A DNA stretch of 64,000 nucleotides from Rhodospirillum sp. (GCA_013822765.1 PNKY01000012.1:48838-112837), one strand, 5' to 3'; shown: positions 1-11,030, counted from the first letter of the stretch. Program-made: numbers and translations. The notes: generated by a model from the sequence alone, not told the origin.

Positions 1-187
1 TTGGCGGTGGCGCGTCCGGGTGTGAAACTCTCTGGGATGGCTGATCGGACGCGACCTGGACGAAACGGGCCGACGAACCCCTGCCGGCCGCTGCTCTGCG
101 GTGACCTTGGTCTTGAAGGGTTAATTCACGGCCCGCGAGCACGGCCCAGACGCGGGGCGATCAACTGGGGTGCGGGGACCGCACCCG

Positions 188-2194
188 CTATCGCAGCCCG
201 GCCGCGCGCAGGGCGTCGAGCAGGTGGTCGAAATCGCGTTGGTCCCGATATTCAATCGCGTCATGCCAGTACTGTTTCCAATCCTCGAGCCGATCGCCCG
301 GATACACCGCCATGTCGTACTTGGCTATGCGAAGGAACTCGTCGAGGCTGCGTTCTGCCTCGGTGAGGCGACCTGCCTGCGCGTAGCTTGCCGCAAGCCA
401 GCCGCGGATTTCATTGATCGGCTCGGGGATCTGATTGAAGACGTCAATGGCTTCTTTGTAGCGACGCGCCGTAAAGAGAGTGATTCCCTGGACCCACGGA
501 ACCCAGGAGAGATCGAATGGATTGTGCCGCCTGGCGAGATCGACTTGCTCGATCGCCGCATCCGGCTGCCCGATCGCGGTGAGAAAGAATCCATAGAAGA
601 TCCGCGCCTCCGTGAAATTGGGGTTGTTCTCCACTGCCTTCTCGAAATGGACGCGCGCATCCTCATATTCCCGCTTGTACAGCTGCGCGAGTCCAAGTAT
701 CCACCGAGCGCTGCTGTCGGAGTCATCGAGCGCGACGGCGCGCTTCGCATGACGGATGAAATCGTCAAACAGGGCCTCGCGTTCCGCCGTCCATTGCGCT
801 GCCCAGATGATGAAGCAGCAGTTCGCATAGTACGCATGGGCTCGTGCGTTCGTCGGATCGGTTTCGATCGCTCGCAGGAAGAGAGCGCGAGCCCTGTCCA
901 TGTCGGCTTTGGTATACTTCAGGTGCAGCGCCTTGGCGCGAAGAACGAGGTCATAGGCCGTAAGGCGCGCCGGACTCAGGCGCGTGGCACGATCGCGTCC
1001 GGCAGCTTCCACCCGGCCGCCGACGGTGGCCGCGATGGCATGCGCCAGCTCTTCCTGAAGTGCGAGCACGTCCGCCATGTCGCGATCGTAACGTTCGGCC
1101 CACAAATGATTGCCCGTTGCGACGTCGATCAACTGGGCGTTGATCCGCACGCGATTATCGAACTTGCGAACGCTGCCGACGACGACGAATTGGACGCCAA
1201 GTTCGGACCCGATGCGTTTGACGTCGATCGGCTTGTCCCGTTGCTGGAACGACGAGTTTCGGGCAATGACAAACAGGTCGCGGAACCGCGATAGTTCCGT
1301 GATCACGTCCTCGGTGACGCCGTCGCTGAAATACTCCTGCTCGGGATCGCCGCTCATGTTCACGAACGACAGGATCGCGACCGACGGCTTGTCCTCCTGC
1401 ATCGAGGCGTCGCGTCGGATCGGCGGTGGCGGAACGGGCTCGCCGCTCACTGCCACCGTGGTCGCGCGCCGCTGGCGGATGCGACCGTGGAGTGCCACGG
1501 TCAGTGGCTCCGGCTGCACGCCGAGCTCGCGGTGGAGCCGTTCGGACACCGATTCGTAGAGCTTGAGCGCCTGCGCCGTCTGACCCTGGTCCGCACAGAC
1601 CTGCATGAGCGTGCGGTAGGCGGCTTCTCTCAGCGGGTCCAGCAGGATCGATCGACGCGCGGCTTCGGCCGCCGTGTCGGCATCGCCAGCGGCCAGCGCT
1701 TGCGACATCAGGCTCGTCAGGGCGCGCTCGAGCAGCTGGCGAAGTCGCTGGCGCTCTACCATCAGCCAATCCTCGAATGCCGGATCATGGATCGCGATGC
1801 CCTCAAGCAGATCGCCGCGATAGAGCGCGGTCGCCTGCGCCAGCGAGTCGATGGTGTCATCGCGGACGAGTCGTTCGAATGCGAGCGCGTCGACGCCTAC
1901 CAGGTCGCGATCGAGCCCGATCGACTGTCGGTCGGTTCGCAGGACCGCATGATCCGCTGTCTCAAGGTAGCGGCGCAGCCGCACCAGGGCCTGCTTCAGG
2001 CTGTCGCGTGCTTGCCGCTCGCCATGCTCGCTCCAGAGCATGCCGGCCAGGCGCTCGCGGGCGTGGACATCGCCGGACGCGATGGCCAGGAAGGCAAGCA
2101 GGGCGCGGTCCTTCTGACCCAGGATATCCACGACCTCGCCGGTCGCGCGCCGCATCTCGAAACCGCCGAGCAGCGTCAGTTTCAGGTTGGCCAT
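188..2194 (-). CDS. SARP-type transcriptional regulator: wHTH + BTAD + TolB-like + TPR repeats
   Basis: LTLLGGFEM...RERLAGMLW wHTH; LYRGDLLEG...FEDWL...DPLREAAYRTLM BTAD; KPSVAILSFVNMSGDPEQEYFSDGVTEDVITELSRF TolB-like; C-terminal TPRs. Alternative start 2209. Confidence 0.85.
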   Translation of the reverse strand: MANLKLTLLGGFEMRRATGEVVDILGQKDRALLAFLAIASGDVHARERLAGMLWSEHGERQARDSLKQALVRLRRYLETADHAVLRTDRQSIGLDRDLVGVDALAFERLVRDDTIDSLAQATALYRGDLLEGIAIHDPAFEDWLMVERQRLRQLLERALTSLMSQALAAGDADTAAEAARRSILLDPLREAAYRTLMQVCADQGQTAQALKLYESVSERLHRELGVQPEPLTVALHGRIRQRRATTVAVSGEPVPPPPIRRDASMQEDKPSVAILSFVNMSGDPEQEYFSDGVTEDVITELSRFRDLFVIARNSSFQQRDKPIDVKRIGSELGVQFVVVGSVRKFDNRVRINAQLIDVATGNHLWAERYDRDMADVLALQEELAHAIAATVGGRVEAAGRDRATRLSPARLTAYDLVLRAKALHLKYTKADMDRARALFLRAIETDPTNARAHAYYANCCFIIWAAQWTAEREALFDDFIRHAKRAVALDDSDSSARWILGLAQLYKREYEDARVHFEKAVENNPNFTEARIFYGFFLTAIGQPDAAIEQVDLARRHNPFDLSWVPWVQGITLFTARRYKEAIDVFNQIPEPINEIRGWLAASYAQAGRLTEAERSLDEFLRIAKYDMAVYPGDRLEDWKQYWHDAIEYRDQRDFDHLLDALRAAGLR

Positions 2195-2345
2195 TCCCGC
2201 GAGTCCCATCAGCAGACGCTTTGCGCGTCAAATGACCCCGTCCCAAGATTTACGTTCATTTCCGGCCGAACACAACGATGCCTTCCCGCTGGCCGGGGCG
2301 GCGTTCACGGACCCGCAGGTCGCGGAGTGAGCATTGACGTTCTCA

Positions 2346-2371
2346 GACGCCGACCTTGGCGAAGATCGCGG
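2346..2371. repeat. 26-bp direct repeat of eamA-internal sequence (other copy 2763-2788)
   Basis: GACGCCGACCTTGGCGAAGATCGCGG is identical at both sites; degenerate similarity extends about 30 bp to the left. Confidence 0.9.
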
Positions 2372-2417
2372 ACGGCATCGCGCGCTGCCGGCCCAGCTAT
2401 CTATTGAGTGCGGGGAC

Positions 2418-2852
2418 CTATCTCGCGGCGACCAGGACCGCACCGCCGGCGATGAGGGCGACGCCCAGCCAGTTGGCGGCTGTCAGCTTCTCGCTCAGGA
2501 ACACCACACCGAACACCGCGACCAGCACAACGCTGAGCTTGTCGATCGGCGCCACACGTGCGGCATCGCCGAGCTGCAAGGCGCGGAAGTAGCAGATCCA
2601 CGATGCGCCGGTGGCCAGCCCCGAAAGCGCGAGGAAAAGGTAGGTGCGGCCGGAAATGGTGGCGGGATTCTGCCATTCGCCGGTGGCGCTCAGGATTGCC
2701 GCCAGCACCAGCAGGATGACCATGGTGCGCACGAAGGTCGCGAAGTCGGCGTTGACACTCTCGACGCCGACCTTGGCGAAGATCGCGGTCAGCGCCGCGA
2801 AGGCCGCGGACAGCACTGCCCAGAACTGCCACGATGATAGCGTGAACGTCAT
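2418..2852 (-). CDS. EamA/DMT family small transporter
   Basis: WAVLSAAFAALTAIFAKVG...ICYFRALQLGDAARVAPIDKLS; ATGA overlap with tlyA stop. Confidence 0.88.
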   Translation of the reverse strand: MTFTLSSWQFWAVLSAAFAALTAIFAKVGVESVNADFATFVRTMVILLVLAAILSATGEWQNPATISGRTYLFLALSGLATGASWICYFRALQLGDAARVAPIDKLSVVLVAVFGVVFLSEKLTAANWLGVALIAGGAVLVAAR

Positions 2853-3592
2853 GATGCATCCTTGCGCGCGGCGATCAGGAATTCCTTGTTGCCTTCCGGG
2901 CCCAGCACGGGGCTTTCGACGATGCCCAGCACCGACCAGCCGGGCTGGCGTCTGAACCAGGCGCGGATGCGATCGCACACCTCTTGATGCAGCGCCGGGT
3001 CGCGCACCACGCCGCCTTTGCCCACGCGGTCGGGGCCGACTTCGAACTGCGGCTTGATGAGGGTGACGGCGATCGCGCTCGGCTTGGTGAGCGACAGCGC
3101 GGCCGGCAGCACGGTCTCGAGGCCGATGAAGCTGGCGTCGCAAACCACCCAGTCGACCGGCTCCGGTATTTCGTTTGCAGTGAGGTGGCGCGCATTGGTG
3201 CGTTCCAGCACCACGACGCGCGGATCGTTGCGCAGCTTCCACGCCAGCTGGCCGTGGCCGACATCGACGGCATGGACCTTCGCGGCGCCGTTGGTCAGCA
3301 GCACGTCGGTGAAGCCGCCGGTCGAGGCGCCGACGTCGATCGCGACAGCGCCCTTCGGGTCGAGCGCGAAATGCGTCAGCGCGTGCGCAAGCTTGAGCCC
3401 GCCGCGCGAGACCCAGGGATGATCCTGGCCTTTGACTTCGAGCGGCGCGTCCTCCGCCACCAGGTCGCCGGCCTTGGCGATGCGACGCTCGGCGCTGAAC
3501 ACCTTGCCGGCCATGATCAGCGCCTGGGCCTTGGCGCGGGTCTCGACCAGGCCGCGCTCGACCAGCAGCTTGTCGGCGCGCGCCTTGGCCAT
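2849..3592 (-). CDS. tlyA: TlyA family rRNA 2'-O-methyltransferase
   Basis: S4 domain RADKLLVERGL, WVSRGGLKL, DVGASTGGFTD, LIKPQFE, GPEGNKEF. Confidence 0.95.
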   Translation of the reverse strand: MAKARADKLLVERGLVETRAKAQALIMAGKVFSAERRIAKAGDLVAEDAPLEVKGQDHPWVSRGGLKLAHALTHFALDPKGAVAIDVGASTGGFTDVLLTNGAAKVHAVDVGHGQLAWKLRNDPRVVVLERTNARHLTANEIPEPVDWVVCDASFIGLETVLPAALSLTKPSAIAVTLIKPQFEVGPDRVGKGGVVRDPALHQEVCDRIRAWFRRQPGWSVLGIVESPVLGPEGNKEFLIAARKDAS

Positions 3593-5004
3593 CAGGCGAT
3601 CAGGCGCCCCGACAGGCGCCGCCAGCGCAGGAACAGCAGCGTCGCGGAGACCGCGAGGCCGACCGCCAGGCCCCACCACAGGCCCTTGGCGCCAAAGCCC
3701 ATCCAGAATCCCATGATGGCGCCGCTGCCGAGGCCGAACACCCAATAGCCGAGGCCGCAGATCACCATCGGCATGGTGGTGTCCTTGAGCCCGCGCAGCG
3801 CTCCCTGGGTCGTCACCTGCGTGCCGTCTACGATCTGGAAAATCGCGGCGATCACGAACAGCGAGGCGGCGAGCTGCGCCGCCGAGGCGTTCGCCGGCAC
3901 GGACAGATCCATATAGATCCAGGTCAGGAAAGTGGGCGCGATCAGCATGGTGGCGGCCGCCAGCATCATCCACCCCATGCCGAGCCAGACCGCAACATAA
4001 CCCGCACGACGCGCCGCCTCCGGCTGCCCGGCGCCAACCGCGTAGCCTACGCGCACGGTCGCGGCTTGCGACAGTGCGTAGGGGATCATGAAAGTCACCG
4101 CGCAAACATTCAGAACCGCATTGTGCGCGGTCAGCGCCTCTGTCGATAGCACTCCCATCAGGACCGTGATGGTGAAGAACAGGCCCGTCTCGAACAGGTA
4201 CGCCATCCCGATCGGGATTCCGACCCGGAAGAGTTCGACCATCATCTTGCCATCGAAATGAAGCAGCCGGGCGAAGATGCGGTAGCGCCGCAGCTCGGGC
4301 ACGTGCTGCACATAGACGACGATGATGGCAAGATGCAGCAGGGCGACGATCACGCCTGTCAGGCCGACGGCGGCAACGCCCATCTCCGGCGCGCCCCAGT
4401 TGCCATACATGAAAACGTAGTTTGACAAGAACGACACCGGCAGGCCCGCCACCGCGCAGATGCTGACGATCATCGGGCGCTGCATGACCGTGACGAAATT
4501 CCGCACAACGGTGAACCAGTAGACCAGCGGAATCCAGGGCAGTCCCCAGAATACGATCTCGCGCACCCGGCGCACCACCTCGGGATCACCATTCACCAAC
4601 GGCAGCAACACCAGACCGGCGGCAGCGATCGCCATGATCGGGATGCTGAGCACGGTCGCCATCAGGAAACCCTGCCGCATCGATTCCGAAACGGTTTCGG
4701 GATCCCGGCCGCCGTGGGCTTGCGCGCCGATGGCCCCGGTCGCCGTGATGACGCCCATGCCCCAGAACATCGGCGTGAACAGCCATTGCAGTCCGAGCCC
4801 GGCAGCCGCCAGCGCACCCGGGTGCTTCAGCGGGTCAAGGTGGCCCGACATCGAATAGTCGATGACGCCCATCCCCATCTCCGCCAGCAGCGCGGCGGCG
4901 ATCGGCGCGGTCAGAACGAGGGTGTCGCGGACCTCGCGGCGCCAATTCGGCGCCACGGCGAGCGTACCGGCGGGCAGGCCCGCGTGTGTGATCTCGCTCG
5001 ACAT
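3592..5004 (-). CDS. MATE family efflux transporter
   Basis: About 12 hydrophobic segments; FMIPYALSQAATVRVGYAVG, FQIVDGTQVTTQGALRGLKDT, GLWWGLAVGL. Confidence 0.9.
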   Translation of the reverse strand: MSSEITHAGLPAGTLAVAPNWRREVRDTLVLTAPIAAALLAEMGMGVIDYSMSGHLDPLKHPGALAAAGLGLQWLFTPMFWGMGVITATGAIGAQAHGGRDPETVSESMRQGFLMATVLSIPIMAIAAAGLVLLPLVNGDPEVVRRVREIVFWGLPWIPLVYWFTVVRNFVTVMQRPMIVSICAVAGLPVSFLSNYVFMYGNWGAPEMGVAAVGLTGVIVALLHLAIIVVYVQHVPELRRYRIFARLLHFDGKMMVELFRVGIPIGMAYLFETGLFFTITVLMGVLSTEALTAHNAVLNVCAVTFMIPYALSQAATVRVGYAVGAGQPEAARRAGYVAVWLGMGWMMLAAATMLIAPTFLTWIYMDLSVPANASAAQLAASLFVIAAIFQIVDGTQVTTQGALRGLKDTTMPMVICGLGYWVFGLGSGAIMGFWMGFGAKGLWWGLAVGLAVSATLLFLRWRRLSGRLIA

Positions 5005-5049
5005 GGGTCCGGCATTCCGATCTGCGCTCTCAGGGCAACTCTTGGGGGT

Positions 5050-5934
5050 TCAGCTCTTGCGGGTGATGACGAAGTCGGTCATCCAGCGCAGCGGATCGGC
5101 CTTGGCGCCAAAGATGTCGAGATGGCCGTTGGCCTGGTCGCCCAGCAGCCGCGCCTGCGCCCGTGCGCGATCCAGCCCGAGGATGGAGACGAAGGTCGCC
5201 TTGCCGGCGGCGGCATCGGCGCCGACCGGCTTGCCGGTCGCGGTGGCGTCGCCCTCGGCATCCAGCAGGTCGTCGACGATCTGGAACGCGAGGCCGAGGT
5301 CATGGGCATAGGAGATCAGCGCCTGGCGCATGTTCGGCGCGGCGTGGCCGAGGATGCCGCCAGCCTCGCAGGAGAAGGCGATGATCTCGCCGGTCTTCAG
5401 CCGCTGCAGCCGCGTGATGGCGCCGATGTCGAGGGTCTCGTTCTCCGCCAGCAGGTCGATCATCTGGCCGCCCACCATGCCAGCCGCGCCGGCCGCCTTG
5501 GCCAGCGCCAGCGCAAGGTCGGCGCGCACATGGCCGTCGGGATGGGTGGCGGGATCGGCCAGCACCTCGAACGCCATGGTCAGCAGGCCGTCGCCGGCGA
5601 GGATGGCGGTCGCCTCGTCGAATTCCTTGTGCACGGTCTTGCGGCCGCGGCGCAAATCGCTGTCGTCCATCGCCGGCAAATCGTCATGCACCAGGCTGTA
5701 GCAATGCAGCATCTCGATCGCCGCCGCCGCCCGCAACGCGTATTCGTGATGCACGTCGAACATCAGGGCGCTGTTGATGACGAGATAGGGCCGGATGCGC
5801 TTGCCGCCGCCCATGGTGGCGTAGCGCATGGCGTCGACCACGCGCCGCTCCGCGCCGGCGACCGGCGGCAACAGCTGATCCAGCATGCGGTTGACCGCCG
5901 CTGCGGCTTCGTTCAATGCCCGTTCGATCGACAC
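5050..5934 (-). CDS. ispA: Farnesyl diphosphate synthase (geranyltranstransferase)
   Basis: GGKRIRP, SLVHDDLPAMDDSDLRRG, LAFQIVDDLLD; GTG start inferred. Confidence 0.93.
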   Translation of the reverse strand: MSIERALNEAAAAVNRMLDQLLPPVAGAERRVVDAMRYATMGGGKRIRPYLVINSALMFDVHHEYALRAAAAIEMLHCYSLVHDDLPAMDDSDLRRGRKTVHKEFDEATAILAGDGLLTMAFEVLADPATHPDGHVRADLALALAKAAGAAGMVGGQMIDLLAENETLDIGAITRLQRLKTGEIIAFSCEAGGILGHAAPNMRQALISYAHDLGLAFQIVDDLLDAEGDATATGKPVGADAAAGKATFVSILGLDRARAQARLLGDQANGHLDIFGAKADPLRWMTDFVITRKS

Positions 5935-5966
5935 CTGAGAAATCCCCTGAGGAAATACGAAATAAA

Positions 5967-6233
5967 CTAGTCGAACTTGGCCGGCTCGGCACCGACCGAG
6001 CCATCTTGAGAGAGCACGATCTTCTCGACCTTGAGCTGCGCCTCGCGCAGCTTGGCTTCGCAATGCCGCTTCAAGGCCGCGCCGCGCTCGTACGCCTTGA
6101 TCGCCTCCTCGAGCTTGTTGTCGCCGCGCTCCAGGCGCTTCACCAGCTCCTGCAGCTCTGCCAGCGCTTCTTCAAAGCTCAAGGCAGCGATGTCGGCCGG
6201 AACGGCCGTTCCGGTCGCCTGGTCCTGGGCCAT
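5967..6233 (-). CDS. xseB: Exodeoxyribonuclease VII small subunit
   Basis: [42 protein letters not shown]; upstream of ispA. Confidence 0.95.
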   Translation of the reverse strand: MAQDQATGTAVPADIAALSFEEALAELQELVKRLERGDNKLEEAIKAYERGAALKRHCEAKLREAQLKVEKIVLSQDGSVGAEPAKFD

Positions 6234-6364
6234 TCCCATGCCTCTGAACAATTGCCCCCGAACTTCGACCAGCACAGGGGGCGTCCCAACGATTCGGGCG
6301 GCATTCTATCGACGGCCACCCGCTCCAGCAAGGCCGGCGGGATTGCGCCAAGCCTTTGATAAGA

Positions 6365-7297
6365 TCAGATTTTAGCCCCGAGCAGGGCGGCGACATGGGC
6401 GGCCGAACTCTCCGCCAGGGCTTCGAGATCGTAGCCGCCTTCGAGGGTGGAGACGAGCCGACCGCCGCAATGGACCTTGGCCATCTCACACAGCCGCTCG
6501 GTCACCCAGCCGAAATCCTCCGCCTCCAACTCCAGGCTGGCGAGCGGGTCGGCGCGGTGCGCATCGAAGCCGGCGGAGATCATGATCAACTCCGGCCGGA
6601 AGCGATCGATCGCCGGCAGCACGATCTCCTCATAGGCGTCGCGGAACTCGTCGCTGCCGGCGAACGGCGGCAGCGGCGCGTTGCAGATGTTGCCGACCCC
6701 CTTCTCGCTGCGCGCGCCGGTGCCGGGATAGAGCGGCATCTGGTGCGTCGAGGCGTAGAAGATCTGCGCATCATGCTCGAATATGTGCTGCGTGCCGTTG
6801 CCGTGATGCACGTCGAAGTCGATGATCGCCACGCGCTTCAGGCCGTGCGCCGCACAGGCATGGGCCGCGCCGATCGCCACGTTGTTGAACAGGCAGAAGC
6901 CCATCGCCATGTCGCTCTCGGCATGATGGCCCGGCGGCCGCACGCCGCAGAAGGCATTGGCCGCGCCGTTCTTCAGCACCAGGTCGACCGCGGCGATCAT
7001 CGCGCCCGCCGCGCGCAAGGCGGCCTCACCGGAACCCGCTGAGATCATGGTGTCGCCGTCGAGCGCCATCCGGCCGCGCTGCGGGACGCTCGCGAGCAGG
7101 TTGCTGGCATAGGCTTTGTCGTGCACGCGGGTGATGTGGGAGAGCTCTGCCTGCGGTGCCTCGCGCCGCTCGAGCTTGCCGAACTCCGGCTCATCCAGCG
7201 CCAGCAGCACGGCTTCCAGCCGCTGGGGGCGTTCCGGATGGCCCTGCCCTGTGTCGTGCTCGAGGCAGGCCGGATGCGTGAAGAAGACGGTGGTCAT
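6365..7297 (-). CDS. Histone deacetylase family amidohydrolase
   Basis: HPERPQRL, RPPGHHAE, GFCLFNN, DFDVHHGNGT, SAGFDAH, LEGGY. Confidence 0.95.
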   Translation of the reverse strand: MTTVFFTHPACLEHDTGQGHPERPQRLEAVLLALDEPEFGKLERREAPQAELSHITRVHDKAYASNLLASVPQRGRMALDGDTMISAGSGEAALRAAGAMIAAVDLVLKNGAANAFCGVRPPGHHAESDMAMGFCLFNNVAIGAAHACAAHGLKRVAIIDFDVHHGNGTQHIFEHDAQIFYASTHQMPLYPGTGARSEKGVGNICNAPLPPFAGSDEFRDAYEEIVLPAIDRFRPELIMISAGFDAHRADPLASLELEAEDFGWVTERLCEMAKVHCGGRLVSTLEGGYDLEALAESSAAHVAALLGAKI

Positions 7298-7324
7298 GCA
7301 GCCTCTCCTTCTTCCGGCGCTTGG

Positions 7325-8065
7325 CTAGCGCCGGCGCTCCAACTCGAAAACCGCGTCTCCCTCCCCGACCAGGATCTTTTCATCAGTCAAGCGCACTACA
7401 TCCAACATAGCAATACCCACGCAGGACATCCGGACCGTCACGGCGGTGGGATAATCGGCGAGATCGCCGAATTGCGGGCCCGGCGCCGGCTCCGCACTGT
7501 AACGCGGAAAGGAACAGCTGGCGCCGCCGAGGGTCGCGATCGGTCCTTCCGCGAAGCGCATGGTGCGGCCAAGCTGCGCCCGCGCTGTGTCCGCGCGCCT
7601 GGGATCGGTCGGCGCCTTGTGGATCGCCGCGACGTTCCAGTCTCCCATCAGCCAGCCATAACCCGAGGGCGGCGCGGCATTGCCGCCCTGCTCCGGCTGC
7701 AGCTCGGCGATGCGCGCGCGATAGAGCGCGATCAGGCAGCCGGTCGCGTCGTCGATCTCGATGGCGGGCTCGCCCTCGACGGCGCAGGTCGCGGCGCGGC
7801 CTTCCGCCCAGGCGCGCTGCTCCTCGCGCAGCAGCATCTGCGCTTCGCCCACGCGCGTCGCCAGCAAGGCCTGGTAGCTTTGCGCCAGCTTGCGATCGAG
7901 GTCGGCGAGGCCGGTGTCGGCGCAGATCAGCGCTTCCACCGGTGCGGTGGCGGCGGCGCAATCGAAGCTCGGCTCTGCTTCATCATCCTCCTGCGCGGAG
8001 GCGGATGTCGCGAGGACGAGCAGCGCAGCGCACGCCAGGCAGAAACCTTTCAGCGCGCCTGTCAC
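7325..8065 (-). CDS. Secreted LprI/DUF1311 family protein with an extra C-terminal domain
   Basis: Signal peptide; PSFDCAAA...EALIC.D..LADLD...LREEQRAW..GR..C...CL...YRARIAEL; GTGA overlap with upstream stop. Confidence 0.8.
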   Translation of the reverse strand: MTGALKGFCLACAALLVLATSASAQEDDEAEPSFDCAAATAPVEALICADTGLADLDRKLAQSYQALLATRVGEAQMLLREEQRAWAEGRAATCAVEGEPAIEIDDATGCLIALYRARIAELQPEQGGNAAPPSGYGWLMGDWNVAAIHKAPTDPRRADTARAQLGRTMRFAEGPIATLGGASCSFPRYSAEPAPGPQFGDLADYPTAVTVRMSCVGIAMLDVVRLTDEKILVGEGDAVFELERRR

Positions 8066-8439
8066 GATCGTGACCCCACGCGGAATGCGGCCGCGAAGGT
8101 CGCGAGCCAGCCGCCGATCATCAGCGCGCCGCCAATCGGCGTCACCATCGCGAAGACGGCTTGCTCGGTCCAGGCATAGAGATAGAGCGAGCCACCGAAC
8201 AACAGCGCGCCGAGGCCGAAGCCGATCGCCGCCACGCCGATGAGGCGCGTGGCGTGCCGTCCCGCCAGGGCCGCGAGGCCGAGCAGCGCGGCGGCGTGCC
8301 ACAGCTGATAGGACGCGCCGGTGCGAATCCACTCGATCGCCGCCGGCGGCAGCCGTCCCTCCAGGCCATGCGCCGCCCAGGCGCCGAATGCGACACCCAG
8401 GACGCCGTTGACGCCGGCCGCTGCCAGAATTTTGTGCAA
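8062..8439 (-). CDS. DUF423 family membrane protein
   Basis: GVAFGAWAAHGL, YQLWHA, LFGGSLY, TPIGG..MIGGW; TTG start with GGAGG RBS. Confidence 0.9.
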   Translation of the reverse strand: MHKILAAAGVNGVLGVAFGAWAAHGLEGRLPPAAIEWIRTGASYQLWHAAALLGLAALAGRHATRLIGVAAIGFGLGALLFGGSLYLYAWTEQAVFAMVTPIGGALMIGGWLATFAAAFRVGSRS

Positions 8440-8519
8440 CCCACCCCTCCGAACTTTTCATGCTGGTCGCAGCATGTCGTGTCGTCTATCTATGACAAAG
8501 CCCTCTCCGGGAAAAGACC

Positions 8520-9305
8520 ATGACTGAAAGCCCCATCCTGCTCCAGCGCGACGGCGCGGTCGCGCGCCTCACCCTCAACCGGCCTGACCGGCTCAACGCC
8601 TTGACGCTCGCCATGCTCGGCGAGCTGAGCGCGGCGCTGTCCGATCTTGATGGCGACGAGACCGTGCGGGCCGTCATCCTCACAGGAACCGGCCGCGGCT
8701 TCTGCGCCGGCCAGGACCTGACCGATCATGAGGCGGTGGACGACACGCGCGCGATCCGCGCCGTGGTCGAGCGTCATTACAATCCTGTGATCCGGCAGAT
8801 CCGTGCGCTGCCGCAGCCGGTGATCGCGGCGGTCAACGGCATTGCCGCCGGCGCGGGCTGCTCGCTGGCGCTGGCGTGCGACATCGCGATCGCACCTGAA
8901 AGCGCGAAGTTCAGCAACGCGTTCGTCAACATCGGCCTCATCCCCGATGGCGGCGGCAGCTATTTCCTGCCGCGGCTGGTGGGGCAGGCGCGCGCGCTTG
9001 GTCTCTCGCTGCTGGGCGAGGCGATCGATGCGAAGACTGCGGCGGACTGGGGCCTGATCTGGAAAGCGGTGCCGGATGCCGAGTTCTCCGGCGCGGTCGA
9101 TGCGCTGGCCAGGCGGTTGGCCGAGATGCCGACCGCGGCGATCGGCCTCATCAAGCACGCGATCAATGTCAGCGGCCATCATTCGCTGGAGCAGCAGCTG
9201 GCGGTCGAGGCCGAGCTGCAGGCGCAAGCGGCCGAGACCGAGGACTATCAGGAGGGCCGCGCGGCCTTCCTCGAGAAGCGCAAGCCGCGCTTCATCGGCA
9301 AGTAG
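8520..9305 (+). CDS. paaG: Enoyl-CoA hydratase/isomerase, PaaG-like
   Basis: LNRPDRLNAL, GFCAGQDL, AVNGIAAGAG, IGLIPDGG, EG..AFLEKR.P.F; PaaG subfamily is likely but not proven. Confidence 0.8.
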   Translation: MTESPILLQRDGAVARLTLNRPDRLNALTLAMLGELSAALSDLDGDETVRAVILTGTGRGFCAGQDLTDHEAVDDTRAIRAVVERHYNPVIRQIRALPQPVIAAVNGIAAGAGCSLALACDIAIAPESAKFSNAFVNIGLIPDGGGSYFLPRLVGQARALGLSLLGEAIDAKTAADWGLIWKAVPDAEFSGAVDALARRLAEMPTAAIGLIKHAINVSGHHSLEQQLAVEAELQAQAAETEDYQEGRAAFLEKRKPRFIGK

Positions 9306-9307
9306 CA

Positions 9308-10067
<760 letters not shown>

Positions 10068-10075
<8 letters not shown>

Positions 10076-11021
10076 GCGCATTCAGCCGGCCCTGAGCGAG
10101 ATCGGCGACGCGGCGCGCGCCCTGCGCCAGGGCAAGCTGGTCGCCTTCCCGACCGAGACGGTCTATGGCCTGGGCGGCGACGCCACCAGCGACCGCGCGG
10201 TTGCCGCGATCTTTGCGGCCAAGGGCCGGCCGAGCTTCAATCCGCTGATCGTGCATGTCGCGAACATTGCGAGCGCCGCGCAGTATGCGGAGCTGTCGCC
10301 GAAGGCGCAGACGGTGGCACGCGCCTTCTGGCCCGGCCCGCTCACGCTGGTGCTGCCGCGGCGGCGCGACTGCAAGATCTCGCTGCTGGCGACCGCCGGG
10401 CTCGACAGCGTCGCGATCCGCGTGCCGGCGCACAAGATCGCACAGACCTTGCTGATGATGGCCGGCCTGCCGCTGGCGGCGCCGAGCGCCAATCCCTCCG
10501 GCCGCCTGTCGCCCACCAGCGCCGACCATGTGATGGCCGACCTAGGCGACAAGGTGGAGTTCGTGATCGATGGCGGCGCCTGCTCGGTCGGCGTCGAATC
10601 CACCGTGCTCAGCCTGCTGGAGGATCGCCCGCGCATCCTGCGCCCCGGCGCGGTGACGGCCGAGGCGCTGTCGGAGGTGTTGAAGGAGCCGGTGCAGATC
10701 GAGCAAGGAGTCGAGGACGCCGCCGCACCACGCTCGCCGGGCCGCCTGCTCAGCCACTACGCGCCGACCTTGCCCGTGCGTCTCGATGCCGCGGCGGCGG
10801 AGCCGGGCGAGGCGCTGCTCGGCTTCGGCCCGGCAGCGCCAAAGGACGCGCTCAACCTCAGCCCGACCGGCGACCTGCAGGAAGCCGCCGCCAACCTGTT
10901 CACCATGCTGCGCCAGCTGGACGACCCCAAGCATCTCGCCATCGCGGTGATGCCGGTGCCAGAGACCGGGCTCGGCGTCGCCATCAACGACCGCCTGCAC
11001 CGGGCCGCGGCGTCGCGCTGA
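10068..11021 (+). CDS. sua5: L-threonylcarbamoyladenylate synthase, Sua5 type
   Basis: FPTETVYGLG, KGRPSFNPLIVH, FWPGPLT, APSANPSG, C-terminal Sua5 domain AINDRL.RAA; GTG start inferred. Confidence 0.95.
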
Positions 11022-11030
11022 TCGTGGAAT

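Noticed and set aside
39-70. CTGATCG...GAAAC resembling a hammerhead ribozyme core
   Set aside because: The core needs CUGANGA; G8/A9 are missing and the stems do not form.
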